Assembly: GCA_964464475.1 (NCBI GenBank)
Contig: CAYXGG010000001.1
Span: 23,174-87,173 of the forward strand
Direction of reading: 5' to 3'
DNA length: 64,000 nt
DNA from: an uncultured Planctomycetales bacterium
GTDB taxonomy: Bacteria > Omnitrophota > Gorgyraeia > Zapsychrales > JAHFFX01
Shown here piece after piece: positions 40,010 through 49,746 of the stretch. Both the position numbers and the translations under genes were made by a program. The notes under the pieces were generated by a model. That model was not told where the DNA came from and ran no database searches. It worked only from the letters and a program-made list of their open reading frames with translations. How positions within the stretch are numbered: position 1 is the stretch's first letter; every line of letters starts with the position of its first letter.

Positions 40010-40834
40010 TTGTCTTCCTCTAAAATTGATATTGCTTCCCTTAAACAAAAGGCGTACCAGTTTCGGCAAGAAATTCTGGAGACCTTACATTTGGCTGGTT
40101 CAGGCCACCCGGGCGGTTCGCTGTCGGCCGTTGAAATCTTCATTAGTCTTTATTTTTACAAATTGAATTACCGGGCTCATGATCCGAAATGGGAGGATCG
40201 CGATCGCGTGATTATGTCTAAGGGGCATTGCTCCCCCGTGACGTATGTGACGCTCGCTAACGCGGGATTTTTTCCTAAAGAAGAATTGAAGACTTTCCGT
40301 AAATTCGGTTCCCGATTGCAAGGGCACGTGCACTATAAGGTGCCGGGGGTTGAATTTAATACCGGTTCTTTGGGTCATGGGTTGTCGGTGGCCAATGGGT
40401 TGGGTTTGGGTGCTCGTTTGATGAATAAAAGTTTTAATACGTATTGTATTCTGGGGGATGGCGAAATCCAGGAGGGTTCGGTTTGGGAAGCCGCGATGAC
40501 GGCGCCGCATCATAAATTGGATAATGTCTGTGCTATCGTTGATTGTAACCAAGTGCAGGAAAACGGATTGACGAAGGACATCAAGAATCTGGAGCCCTTG
40601 GCAGATAAATGGAAAAGTTTTGGTTGGCACGTTATTGATATTGACGGTCACGATTTTGGGCAGCTGACGAGTGCCCTGGATGAGTTTACATCCACCAAGG
40701 GTAAACCGACTGTGATCATCGCTCGGACCATCAAAGGCAAAGGAGTTCCTTTTATGGAACTTAAATCCGCCTGGCATGGCAAGGCCCCGAATAAAGAACA
40801 GTTAACGAGCGCCTTAGCGGAGTTAAAGAAATAG
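40010..40834 (+). CDS. Transketolase, N-terminal (TPP-binding) subunit, from a split tkt (274 aa, TTG start, RBS AAAGGAG).
   Basis: The motifs GHPGGSLS and GDGEIQEGSVWEA are present, and the size matches split-transketolase N subunits. Confidence 0.85.
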   Translation: MSSSKIDIASLKQKAYQFRQEILETLHLAGSGHPGGSLSAVEIFISLYFYKLNYRAHDPKWEDRDRVIMSKGHCSPVTYVTLANAGFFPKEELKTFRKFGSRLQGHVHYKVPGVEFNTGSLGHGLSVANGLGLGARLMNKSFNTYCILGDGEIQEGSVWEAAMTAPHHKLDNVCAIVDCNQVQENGLTKDIKNLEPLADKWKSFGWHVIDIDGHDFGQLTSALDEFTSTKGKPTVIIARTIKGKGVPFMELKSAWHGKAPNKEQLTSALAELKK

Positions 40835-40838
40835 TCAT

Positions 40839-41795
40839 ATGGACATGAAACCAACACGAGATGGATTTGGCGATGAGATGGTCGCCTTAGGAAAAGATAA
40901 CAAGAAAGTCGTGGTGCTTTCGGGAGATCTTGAGGATGCCACACGGGCTGAGTATTTTAAACACGCTTATCCTGAACGGTTTTTTAATCTAGGGATTACG
41001 GAGCAGGATGTGGTGGGAACTGCGGCCGGGCTTAGTCTGGCGGGGTTTATTCCTTTCGCGACATCGTTCGCGGTGTTCTTAACCAATCGCGCCTACGACA
41101 TGATCCGTCTGGATGTCTGTTATAACAAAACCAATGTCAAAGTGGTTTGTTCGCATACGGGATTAACTGTGGGAGAAGACGGCGCCTCGGCGCAATGCCT
41201 GGAAGATTTTGCCATCATGCGCGTGTTACCCAACATTAAAGTCGTTTGTCCGGTCGATTATATTGAAGCGCGTAAGGCGACTCGCGAACTGGTCAATACC
41301 AATGGTCCGATCTATATGCGTACCGGTCGGGCGCCTGTTCCGGTTGTTACCAAGGAGAGCGATCCTTTTGTGATCGGTAAGGCCAATATCCTGCGTCCTG
41401 GAAAGGATGTGGTTTTGATTGGCTGTGGAACGATGGTGTCGGAATGCTTGCAGGCGGCGGAATTATTGGCTAAAGACAATATTGACGCGCAGGTCGTGAA
41501 CATGCATACCATTAAACCGATTGATAGCGCTTTGATTCTGGATGCCGCGCAGAAAGTCGGCTGCTTTGTCACTGCCGAAGAGCATCAAATGCAGGGTGGC
41601 TTAGGATCGGCGGTCGCGGAAGTGCTCGCCCAAAATTATCCGGCTCCGTTAGAAATTATTGGCGTGAATGATTCTTTTGGTGAAAGTGGTTCTCCTCAAG
41701 AGTTACTAAAAGCCTACCATCTTAAAGATGTTGATATCGTTGCCGCAGCTAAAAAGGCGTTACTGCGCAAAAAGAATTTTAAATCCCGATCCTAA
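40839..41795 (+). CDS. Transketolase, C-terminal (pyrimidine-binding) subunit (318 aa).
   Basis: It has the transketolase Pyr and C-terminal domain pattern (GITEQDVVGTAAGLSLAGFIPFATSFAVF; HTGLTVGEDGASAQCLED; PIYMRTGR). It lies immediately downstream of the N subunit. Confidence 0.85.
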   Translation: MDMKPTRDGFGDEMVALGKDNKKVVVLSGDLEDATRAEYFKHAYPERFFNLGITEQDVVGTAAGLSLAGFIPFATSFAVFLTNRAYDMIRLDVCYNKTNVKVVCSHTGLTVGEDGASAQCLEDFAIMRVLPNIKVVCPVDYIEARKATRELVNTNGPIYMRTGRAPVPVVTKESDPFVIGKANILRPGKDVVLIGCGTMVSECLQAAELLAKDNIDAQVVNMHTIKPIDSALILDAAQKVGCFVTAEEHQMQGGLGSAVAEVLAQNYPAPLEIIGVNDSFGESGSPQELLKAYHLKDVDIVAAAKKALLRKKNFKSRS

Positions 41796-41811
41796 CTGAA
41801 GAGAGGTCTCC

Positions 41812-42951
41812 ATGAGTCAAACCAATCTGCAGGCATTGGCCGCGTATGGTCAAAGTATTTGGTTGGATTTTATCAATCGTCCGTTACTGGAATCTGGAAA
41901 ACTCCAGCGGCTGATTGACGGCGGTTTGCGGGGTATGACGTCTAATCCGACGATTTTTAATCAGGCTATCAGTCAATCTCAGGATTATGACGCCTTGATT
42001 CTCAAGTTAAAAGAACAAGGTAAAAGTCTTTTTGAGATTTATGATGAGTTGACGATTCGGGACATTAAAGAAGCTTGTGATATTTTTCGTCCGGTTTACG
42101 ATCAAACTCATGGGCTGGATGGCTATGTCAGTTTGGAGATTAATCCTAAAATAGCGAATGACGCTGCTTCATCTATTAAAGAAGGTATGAGGCTTTATGC
42201 TAAGGTCGGTAAACCTAACGTCATGATCAAGGTGCCGGCGACCGATGCCGGTTATCCGGTGGTGGAGGAGTTAATTGCTTCAGGAATTAACGTCAATGTG
42301 ACGTTGATTTTTTCGTTGGCGCAGTATAGCCGCACGGTTGACGCGTATTTAAAAGGGTTAAGTCGTTTGTCCGCTCAGGGGAAAGATGTGCGTCGGGTAA
42401 GATCGGTGGCCAGTGTTTTTGTTAGTCGCATTGACGCAGCGGCGGACAAGCAGCTCGATGACAAGATTAATCAAACTACTGATGTTGTTTTGAAGAGTCA
42501 ATTGGCTGGGTTAAAGGGGAAGGCGGCGGTCGCCAATTGCCGGGTGGTATTTGATGAATTTAAACGCAAATTTGCTAGCACTGCTTTTGGTGAATTAGCC
42601 AAGCACCAGGCGAATGAACAGCGTGTGTTGTGGGCTTCCACGGGGACCAAAAATCCGCAGTACAACGATGTGAAGTATGTCTCCGAATTAATTGCTAAAC
42701 CGACGGTCAATACTTTGCCGGAAAAGACACTGGAGGCCTTTCAAGATCACGGTCAAGTAGTGGAGGCTTTTAACACCGATGGGGGGTGGGGGCAGACGGT
42801 GTTGCGTAATTTGCAAGCCGCCGGTATTGACGTGAATGTTATTTGTTCGAAGTTGTTGCAGGAGGGTGTCGTTGCTTTTGAAAAGTCATTTGATGAGCTG
42901 ATGACGTCGTTAGAAGAAAAGTCGCAGCGATTATCGGGCGTTCGGCAATAA
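41812..42951 (+). CDS. tal: Transaldolase (379 aa).
   Basis: GMTSNPTIFNQAI matches the transaldolase SNPTIF motif. The long form is consistent with the Tal family, and the gene is adjacent to tkt. Confidence 0.8.
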   Translation: MSQTNLQALAAYGQSIWLDFINRPLLESGKLQRLIDGGLRGMTSNPTIFNQAISQSQDYDALILKLKEQGKSLFEIYDELTIRDIKEACDIFRPVYDQTHGLDGYVSLEINPKIANDAASSIKEGMRLYAKVGKPNVMIKVPATDAGYPVVEELIASGINVNVTLIFSLAQYSRTVDAYLKGLSRLSAQGKDVRRVRSVASVFVSRIDAAADKQLDDKINQTTDVVLKSQLAGLKGKAAVANCRVVFDEFKRKFASTAFGELAKHQANEQRVLWASTGTKNPQYNDVKYVSELIAKPTVNTLPEKTLEAFQDHGQVVEAFNTDGGWGQTVLRNLQAAGIDVNVICSKLLQEGVVAFEKSFDELMTSLEEKSQRLSGVRQ

Positions 42952-42970
42952 ACTGTAGGGTAGGTGTTAA

Positions 42971-43016
42971 AAGGGCCCCGGGTAGCTGACCAGCTACCCG
43001 GGGCCCTTTCTTTTTT
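42971..43016 (+). terminator. Rho-independent terminator after tal.
   Basis: The GC-rich inverted repeat GGGCCCCGGGTAGCTG..CAGCTACCCGGGGCCC is followed by TTTCTTTTTTATT. Confidence 0.7.
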
Positions 43017-43029
43017 ATTAAATTCGTGT

Positions 43030-43065
43030 TTGACATACTATGGGGGGGTATGGTATACCTGCATC
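43030..43065 (+). promoter_or_regulatory. Promoter (TTGACA, 18 nt, then TG-n-TATACC) with an embedded CsoR-type operator (ATACTATGGGGGGGTATGGTATACC).
   Basis: TTGACA at 43030-43035 and tgGTATACC were read directly. A G-tract is flanked by an AT-rich pseudo-palindrome (ATAC...GGGGGGG...GGTAT). This is the architecture of CsoR operators and sits immediately upstream of the csoR gene. Confidence 0.5.
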
Positions 43066-43095
43066 AAGAATAGATTTTTAACATAGGAGATATAA

Positions 43096-43377
43096 ATGTC
43101 AAATTTTCCGGCCCATCACGATCAGCTTGTCGCCCTCAAACGTGTTGAAGGACAAATCCGCGGGATCCAGCGGATGATCGAAGACAACAAATATTGCGTT
43201 GATATTCTTACCCAGCTGCACGCCACGGTTGGCGCGATCTTGAAAATTGAAGACGAGGTCCTTAAAAGACATTTTCACGGTTGTGTCGCCAACGCTATTA
43301 AAGGAAAATCCACTAAAGACCAAGACCAAAAAATCGGAGAAATTTTAGAGTTATTGCATCGTTTTCGCCGAACCTAA
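43096..43377 (+). CDS. csoR: CsoR/RcnR-family metal-sensing transcriptional repressor (93 aa), likely a copper sensor.
   Basis: It has the DUF156 fold pattern. The Cys34 / His59 / Cys63 spacing (25 and 4) is identical to the CsoR Cu(I) ligand set. It precedes a CusCBA-type efflux operon. Confidence 0.75.
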   Translation: MSNFPAHHDQLVALKRVEGQIRGIQRMIEDNKYCVDILTQLHATVGAILKIEDEVLKRHFHGCVANAIKGKSTKDQDQKIGEILELLHRFRRT

Positions 43378-43395
43378 AATGTTCAAGGAGAACCT

Positions 43396-44721
43396 ATGCG
43401 CCGTCTTTTTCAGATAAGGAACGGGTGGCTTCAAAAAAAATCGGGTATCGGTATTCTGTATTTATTGGTGTTTTCTTTTTGTCAGCCTGCTTATTCCCAG
43501 CCTGGCATCTTCGATGGTGATCCGCAGTTGGAATTACTTTATGAAAAATTGCTGAGTAATAATTTAGAAATCAAAGCCGCCCAGGAAAAGTGGGAAGCGA
43601 TGAAAAAACGCGTTCCTCAGGCTGCGGCTTTGCCAGACCCCACTTTTACGTATTCGGTCATGGGGCCGGACATCATGACGATGAGAGGACCACAGGAAGA
43701 GATTTATGAGGGGGAACAAATGGTTCCGTTCCCGGGGGAATTGGCGGAGCGCAAAGCCATTGCGAAGGAAGAAGCTGCCGCCGCGTTGGCCAAGGCCAAG
43801 GCAAGTCAACAAAATGCGATCTTAGCCTTAGTGGAAACTTATTACGATTATTATTATTTGAAAAATTCGTTAACGGCGACTAAACAATTAAAAGAACTTC
43901 TGCAAAAAAATGAGTCGGTCGCCCAAGCGCGCTATGCCTCTCAGGGGAGCGCTCAGCGCGAAGTGACCCACGCCCAGACGGAAACAGCGTCTATTTTAGA
44001 GCGGATTATTGTTCTGGAGCAGCAGCTGGCGACAACAGAGCTTTTCTTGCAGAAGCTCCTTAATGAAGCGGGGCCCTTGCCACTGCAGCCTATTCTTGAT
44101 CCGGTTATCCCCAACCTTTCGTCTTCCCTTGAAGAGTTAACCCAATTGGCTTTCATTAACCGTCCTGAGATCGTAGAAGCGCAAGCCATGGAAAATAAAG
44201 AAAAGCACATGAAAAAGATGGCTGTTTACGAGAATGCCCCGGATATTAGTGTAGGTTTTCAATATTACCGGATTGGTTCGGGTGAGACCTCTGATCCAGA
44301 AGATGGACAAGACGCGTGGATGATCCCCATCAAAGTCACCGTACCGCTTTGGCAAAATCGAATTATCGCCGGAATTAGTGAAGGAACGCGCAACCTTAAC
44401 GCGGCTAAAGCCAGTTTGCAAAATGAAAAAAATTTGGGTCAATATGAAGTCGCGAAGGCTTATTTTCAATTTCAATCCCGCAAACAGGTCGTTGACCTTT
44501 ATCAAAATGCCTATTTGCCTCAAGCGGAAACGGCTTATAAATCCGATCAGGCTGGTTATGAAGCGAACCGTTCGGAGCTAACCGCCTTATTAGAAAGTGA
44601 GCGCGCTTATTTGAATACAAAGCTAGGGTATTATGAAGCGTTGGCGGAGGCCATGAAAAGTTTTGCTGCGTTAGAACGTTCTGTGGGTGTTTCCTTGATG
44701 ACGAAGGAGGTCTTAAAATGA
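43396..44721 (+). CDS. cusC: Outer-membrane efflux protein (TolC/OMF family, CusC-like, 441 aa).
   Basis: It has a signal peptide and duplicated OEP-type coiled-coil and beta-barrel repeats. It is the first gene of a tripartite RND operon. Confidence 0.75.
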   Translation: MRRLFQIRNGWLQKKSGIGILYLLVFSFCQPAYSQPGIFDGDPQLELLYEKLLSNNLEIKAAQEKWEAMKKRVPQAAALPDPTFTYSVMGPDIMTMRGPQEEIYEGEQMVPFPGELAERKAIAKEEAAAALAKAKASQQNAILALVETYYDYYYLKNSLTATKQLKELLQKNESVAQARYASQGSAQREVTHAQTETASILERIIVLEQQLATTELFLQKLLNEAGPLPLQPILDPVIPNLSSSLEELTQLAFINRPEIVEAQAMENKEKHMKKMAVYENAPDISVGFQYYRIGSGETSDPEDGQDAWMIPIKVTVPLWQNRIIAGISEGTRNLNAAKASLQNEKNLGQYEVAKAYFQFQSRKQVVDLYQNAYLPQAETAYKSDQAGYEANRSELTALLESERAYLNTKLGYYEALAEAMKSFAALERSVGVSLMTKEVLK

Positions 44722-46124
44722 TTTTAAAATCAAAGCCGGTTGTCATGGGAGCAGTTTGTCTAATTTTGTTATTAATTGCTTTGCGATTTTTTGAAAGGAA
44801 TCGTCTGTTTCTTCAATCGTCCGCAAGCTCTGGCCAATCTGAAAACAATTATTATTGCCCGATGCACTCGCAGATTCAAGCGGACAAGCCGGGCGTTTGC
44901 CCTATCTGTAATATGAATTTGGTTAAAAAAGAAGCCAAGGCCAAAAAGTCAGAATCGGTAAAAACACAGACCAGCCCACTATATTATTGCCCCATGCATC
45001 CTCAGATTCAATCGGACAAACCTGGGGTCTGTCCCATTTGTAACATGAATCTGGTCAAAAAAGAAAGCTCTCCCGAGGCGCAGAAAACTAACGAAAAAAA
45101 AGCTAAAGATATTTGTTACTTTCATGATTGTCATAAAAAATCCGGCGGCAAGCCGTGTCCGATGATGGTCGTGACGAAACCCGGAGAAAAAGTGCATTGT
45201 CCGATTTGCGGGACCTTTATTGCTGGAGAGGAAGGATTGATCCCTATGGAGGAGGCCAAGCCGGAAGGGTATGCCTCCATTATTCTTTCCGACCAGAAAA
45301 GGCAATTGATCGGACTAAAAACGGTAGCCGTCAAGAGCGAAAAGATTTCGAAAAGAGTTCGTGCCGCAGGAACAATCGCCCATGATCCGGAACTTTATCA
45401 AGCGCAAAGCGAATATGTCCAGGCGATTCAGGCCTTAGAAAGAGCCAAGACAAGCTCCTTACCGGAAATCGTTAATCAGGCTGAGCGACTGGTTGACTCC
45501 GCGCGTATTCGCTTAAGGCATTTGGGGCTCAACGATGACCTGATAGAAGAGTTTGCCAAAGGCAAACAGGCCGAGCACAATTTGCTGTATGCGCACCCGG
45601 GTAATCCTATGTGGATGTACGCTCAGGTATTTGAATATGAAATTCCCCTTATTAAAACTGGCCAGAAAGTCACTGCAGAGGTGGTTTCGTTGCCTAATGA
45701 AGTTTTTGTAGGAACAGTAAGGTCGATTGATGCCATGGTTGATCCCACAACACGGACGACCCGTATCCGCGCTCTTTTGGATGATCCCGATGGGCATTTA
45801 AAACCTGATATGTATGTCAATGCCTTCATTGATATTGATTTAGAGGAAACTTTGGTCGTTCCTCAGGAGGCCGTTTTTAACACCGGGGTTAAGAAAATCG
45901 TTTTTGTTGAAGGCGAAGAGGGCGTTCTTGATCCCCGGGAGGTATCATTAGGGCAAACGTCCGGAAATCAAGTGCAAATTCTTCATGGTGTTAAAGAGGG
46001 GGATAAAGTCGTCAGTAACGGGAATTTCTTAGTAGATTCTGAAAGTCGATTGCAGGCCGCCTTGGAGGGGATGGGAACCCCAGCCCCTGAGTCTTCGGGA
46101 ACTGTTGAACAACACCAACACTAA
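44718..46124 (+). CDS. cusB: RND efflux membrane-fusion protein (CusB-like) with N-terminal tandem heavy-metal-binding CxxH...CxxC repeats (468 aa).
   Basis: There are two near-identical repeats, YYCPMH(S/P)QIQ(A/S)DKPGVCPICNMNLVKKE, and a third degenerate copy (CPMMVVTKPGEKVHCPICG). They are followed by HlyD-like beta-barrel and lipoyl segments. The 4-nt overlaps with flanking genes support an operon. Confidence 0.8.
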   Translation: MILKSKPVVMGAVCLILLLIALRFFERNRLFLQSSASSGQSENNYYCPMHSQIQADKPGVCPICNMNLVKKEAKAKKSESVKTQTSPLYYCPMHPQIQSDKPGVCPICNMNLVKKESSPEAQKTNEKKAKDICYFHDCHKKSGGKPCPMMVVTKPGEKVHCPICGTFIAGEEGLIPMEEAKPEGYASIILSDQKRQLIGLKTVAVKSEKISKRVRAAGTIAHDPELYQAQSEYVQAIQALERAKTSSLPEIVNQAERLVDSARIRLRHLGLNDDLIEEFAKGKQAEHNLLYAHPGNPMWMYAQVFEYEIPLIKTGQKVTAEVVSLPNEVFVGTVRSIDAMVDPTTRTTRIRALLDDPDGHLKPDMYVNAFIDIDLEETLVVPQEAVFNTGVKKIVFVEGEEGVLDPREVSLGQTSGNQVQILHGVKEGDKVVSNGNFLVDSESRLQAALEGMGTPAPESSGTVEQHQH

Positions 46125-46136
46125 ATTCTTCGGTAT

Positions 46137-49100
46137 ATGTTACTTCATTCTTCTGAAGGGCAAAGAAAAGATGGTTTGATCGAAAAGGTCATTGAGTTTT
46201 CGGCACACCATAAATTTTTAGTCCTAATTTTAGTGGCGATGGCGATGATTTGGTCGGTCTGGTGTATTAAAAATATTCCGCTCGATGCCATTCCCGACCT
46301 TTCCGATTCCCAAGTCATCATTTATTCCCGTTGGGACCGCAGTCCGGACATCATTGAGGATCAAGTCACTTATCCAATCATCTCTGCCTTATTAGGGGTC
46401 CCGCAGATCAAAGCGATCCGTGGCTTTTCTGATTTTGGTTTTTCTTACGTTTATGTCATTTTTAAAGACGGAACGGATCTCTATTGGGCGCGCAGTCGGG
46501 TACTTGAATATCTTAACAAAATCAGTTCTAAACTGCCTGAAGGTGTCAAAACTGAAATGGGACCCGATGCTACGGGAGTGGGTTGGGTGTTGCAGTACGT
46601 TTTGGTCAACAAAACTGGCGAGCAGGATTTGCAGCAGTTGCGTAGCTTCCAGGATTGGAACCTGCGTTATCATTTGCAGAGCGTGCCCGGCGTGGCGGAA
46701 GTCGCTTCTATCGGAGGGTTCCAAAAACAATATCAAATCACCGTTGACCCCAATCGTTTGGTCGCTTACAACGTGCCTTTAAACGCGGTGATTGATGCCG
46801 TTCGTATGGGGAATATGGAGGTCGGCGGGAGACTATTGGAATTCTCCGGGGCGGAATATATGGTGAGAGGCCGCGGCTACGTTAAAAGTGTAGCCGATAT
46901 CGAGAATATGGTCGTGTCGGTTGACGCCAAAGGAACCCCCATTCTGATTAAAAACATTGCTTCGGTTGCCATTGGTCCGGAAATCCGTCGAGGGTTAGCG
47001 GACTTGGATGGAGAAGGTGACGCGGTCGGTGGGACGGTCATCATGCGTTTTGGTGAGAACGCGTTAAGCGTGATTAAAGCGGTCAAACAGAAGCTTAAGG
47101 AAATCGAACCTTCTTTGCCCCCTGGAACCACGATTGAGATCGTGTACGATCGGTCGGATTTAATTAATCGTGCCATCGCGACATTAAAGCACCAGTTGAT
47201 TGAAGAGATGTTGATCGTCAGCTTGGTAATTCTCGTTTTCTTATGGCATTTTCCTTCCGCCGTTATTCCGATTGTTACGATACCTATTTCGGTCTTGTTA
47301 TCTTTTATACCGATGTATGGTTTAAAGTTGACGTCCAACATCATGTCATTGGCGGGGATCGCCATCTCGATTGGTGTTTTAGTCGATGGCGCGATCGTGG
47401 AAGTGGAAAACGCATACAAGCGGTTAGAACAATGGAACGCGAATGGGCGGAAAGGTGATTTTCACGTGATCCGCTTGCAGGCGCTAAAAGAAGTGGGCCC
47501 TGCGGTCTTTTTTTCTTTATTGGTGATCGCCGTCTCGTTTATTCCTATTTTTACGTTGGTTGACCAGGAGGGACGGTTATTTAAACCGCTGGCTTGGGGG
47601 AAAAACTTAGCGATGTTTATCGCGGCGGTCTTGGCGATCACCTTAGATCCGGCGCTGCGGATGCTTTTTACCCGCATGGATCCGATCCAGGTTTCCTGGA
47701 AAATTTTGCCGGCTTTCTTACGGCAGGGCATGTCAACATGGGCGACGCGCTTGGCGGTGGGGCATTATTATCCTGAGGAGCAACATCCGATCAGCCGACG
47801 ATTGTTTGGTGTTTATGAACCCATTTGCCGATGGGTTTTACGCCACCGTAAAACAACCTTGGCCATCACACTCGCGTTGACGTTAACGACAATCCCGGTC
47901 TTCTTTCAATTAGGGAGTGAATTCATGCCTCCATTATGGGAGGGGGACATCTTATACATGCCCACCACGTTACCGGGGATATCGGTGACTCAAGCGCAAC
48001 AACTCATGCAGACGCAGGACAAAATACTTAAGGGCTTTCCTGAGGTCAAACGGGTCTTTGGAAAGGCGGGTCGCATTGAAAGCTCCACGGATCCGGCCCC
48101 CTTTTCCATGATGGAAACCATGGTCCAGTTAAAACCACCATCTGAATGGCGTTCGATTGACCGGTGGTATTCATCTTTCCCGGAATTTTTGAAAAAACCT
48201 TTGCGGGTTATTTGGCCGGATCGTATCAGCCCGGAGACCTTGATTAACGAAATGGACCAGGCCCTAAAAATCCCCGGTACCACTAATGCTTGGACCATGC
48301 CGATTAAAAATCGAATCGATATGTTATCCACGGGGGTGCGTACTCCTATCGGTATTAAGGTCTTGGGATCTGACTTGCAACAAATTGAAAGAATCGGGGC
48401 TCAAGTGGAGTCGGTTATTAAAAACTTGCCGGGAACGCGGAGCGTTTTTGCCGAACGGGCCGCGGGAGGGTATTTTCTGGATTTTGATTTGAAACGAGAA
48501 GCGTTAGCCCGCTATGGTTTAAGTGTTGAAGACGCGCAAACGGTCGTCATGACGGCCATCGGTGGAGAAAATATTGCCACGACCATAGAAGGGCGGGAAC
48601 GTTACCCCATTAATATTCGTTATCCGCGTGCTTTCCGAGAGGATATCGAGCAACTCAAACGGGTGCTGATAGCAACCCCTTCGGGCCAGCAGATCCCGAT
48701 GGTTCAAATTGCGGATATCGTTTTACGCAGCGGTCCAGCCATGATCCGCAATGAAAACGGTTTGTTAGCTGGGTACGTCTATGTTGACACCCACGGTATC
48801 GACGTAGGTACTTATGTCGAAAAGGCTAAAAAAAAGGTAAGCGAGTCGATCATGCTTCCTGAAGGCTATTCGTTGTTATGGAGCGGGCAGTATGAGAATA
48901 TGATCCGCGTACGAGAACGTCTGAAGGTGGTGATACCATTGACGTTATTTATTATTTGTTTTCTGCTGTATTTAAATACGAAGTCGGTGGTAAAAACGGG
49001 GATTGTTTTACTGGCGGTACCGTTTTCTTTGATTGGTGCGGTGTGGCTGCTATGGTTGTTGGATTATAATTTGTCCATCGCGGTGTGGGTGGGGATGATC

Positions 49101-49487
49101 GCGTTGATGGGGCTTGACGCGGAAACCGGTGTTTTTATGTTATTGTTTCTGGATTTAGCGTATAAAGACGCGGTATTAAGCGGAAAAATGAAAACGCGAG
49201 ATGATTTGGAGGAAGCGATTGTCCATGGAGCGGTCAAAAGGGTCCGTCCTAAAATGATGACGGTGGTGGCGGCTTTTATGGGATTATTGCCGATCATGTG
49301 GTCCATGGGGACTGGCGCCGACATGATGAAGCGGATCGCGGCCCCTATGGTCGGAGGTTTGGCGACATCCTTTTTATTGGAATTGATAGTTTACCCGGTT
49401 GTTTATTTTATTTGGAAGTGGCATTTTGAAATGAAGCGCGGTCAGGCCGATTGGATTAAGCGGGGAATGGTCCCCTCAACTATTTAA
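46137..49487 (+). CDS. cusA: Heavy-metal efflux RND transporter (CusA/CzcA family, 1116 aa).
   Basis: It has 12 transmembrane helices and two large periplasmic loops, with HME-RND signatures such as AGIAISIGVLVDGAIVEVEN. Its length is typical of CusA. Confidence 0.85.
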   Translation: MLLHSSEGQRKDGLIEKVIEFSAHHKFLVLILVAMAMIWSVWCIKNIPLDAIPDLSDSQVIIYSRWDRSPDIIEDQVTYPIISALLGVPQIKAIRGFSDFGFSYVYVIFKDGTDLYWARSRVLEYLNKISSKLPEGVKTEMGPDATGVGWVLQYVLVNKTGEQDLQQLRSFQDWNLRYHLQSVPGVAEVASIGGFQKQYQITVDPNRLVAYNVPLNAVIDAVRMGNMEVGGRLLEFSGAEYMVRGRGYVKSVADIENMVVSVDAKGTPILIKNIASVAIGPEIRRGLADLDGEGDAVGGTVIMRFGENALSVIKAVKQKLKEIEPSLPPGTTIEIVYDRSDLINRAIATLKHQLIEEMLIVSLVILVFLWHFPSAVIPIVTIPISVLLSFIPMYGLKLTSNIMSLAGIAISIGVLVDGAIVEVENAYKRLEQWNANGRKGDFHVIRLQALKEVGPAVFFSLLVIAVSFIPIFTLVDQEGRLFKPLAWGKNLAMFIAAVLAITLDPALRMLFTRMDPIQVSWKILPAFLRQGMSTWATRLAVGHYYPEEQHPISRRLFGVYEPICRWVLRHRKTTLAITLALTLTTIPVFFQLGSEFMPPLWEGDILYMPTTLPGISVTQAQQLMQTQDKILKGFPEVKRVFGKAGRIESSTDPAPFSMMETMVQLKPPSEWRSIDRWYSSFPEFLKKPLRVIWPDRISPETLINEMDQALKIPGTTNAWTMPIKNRIDMLSTGVRTPIGIKVLGSDLQQIERIGAQVESVIKNLPGTRSVFAERAAGGYFLDFDLKREALARYGLSVEDAQTVVMTAIGGENIATTIEGRERYPINIRYPRAFREDIEQLKRVLIATPSGQQIPMVQIADIVLRSGPAMIRNENGLLAGYVYVDTHGIDVGTYVEKAKKKVSESIMLPEGYSLLWSGQYENMIRVRERLKVVIPLTLFIICFLLYLNTKSVVKTGIVLLAVPFSLIGAVWLLWLLDYNLSIAVWVGMIALMGLDAETGVFMLLFLDLAYKDAVLSGKMKTRDDLEEAIVHGAVKRVRPKMMTVVAAFMGLLPIMWSMGTGADMMKRIAAPMVGGLATSFLLELIVYPVVYFIWKWHFEMKRGQADWIKRGMVPSTI

Positions 49488-49499
49488 GCAGGAGGACTC

Positions 49500-49691
49500 A
49501 TGCGAAAGAATAACATGGCTCAGGAAGAGCGTTTTACGCGAACGACGTTTGGTTTGCTGATGATGGGGGCGGCTTTTGTGTCTTGGGGAAAGTGGGTGGT
49601 ATTTATTCTAGGAGTCTTATTTTTGATTTCCGCGTGGCAGGGGTATTGTGTAACGTGTGAAATCTATCGTAAATTTAATAATTCGCGCTGA
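49500..49691 (+). CDS. DUF2892 (YgaP-like) small membrane protein (63 aa).
   Basis: It forms a two-transmembrane hairpin, and the GxxxxxxGYCVTCEIYRKF tail is typical of DUF2892. Confidence 0.45.
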   Translation: MRKNNMAQEERFTRTTFGLLMMGAAFVSWGKWVVFILGVLFLISAWQGYCVTCEIYRKFNNSR

Positions 49692-49746
49692 TAATTTTTC
49701 ATGAGGAAAGATTGAAGGCGTGTTAGGTCAGAAAGGAGCTGTTGCA

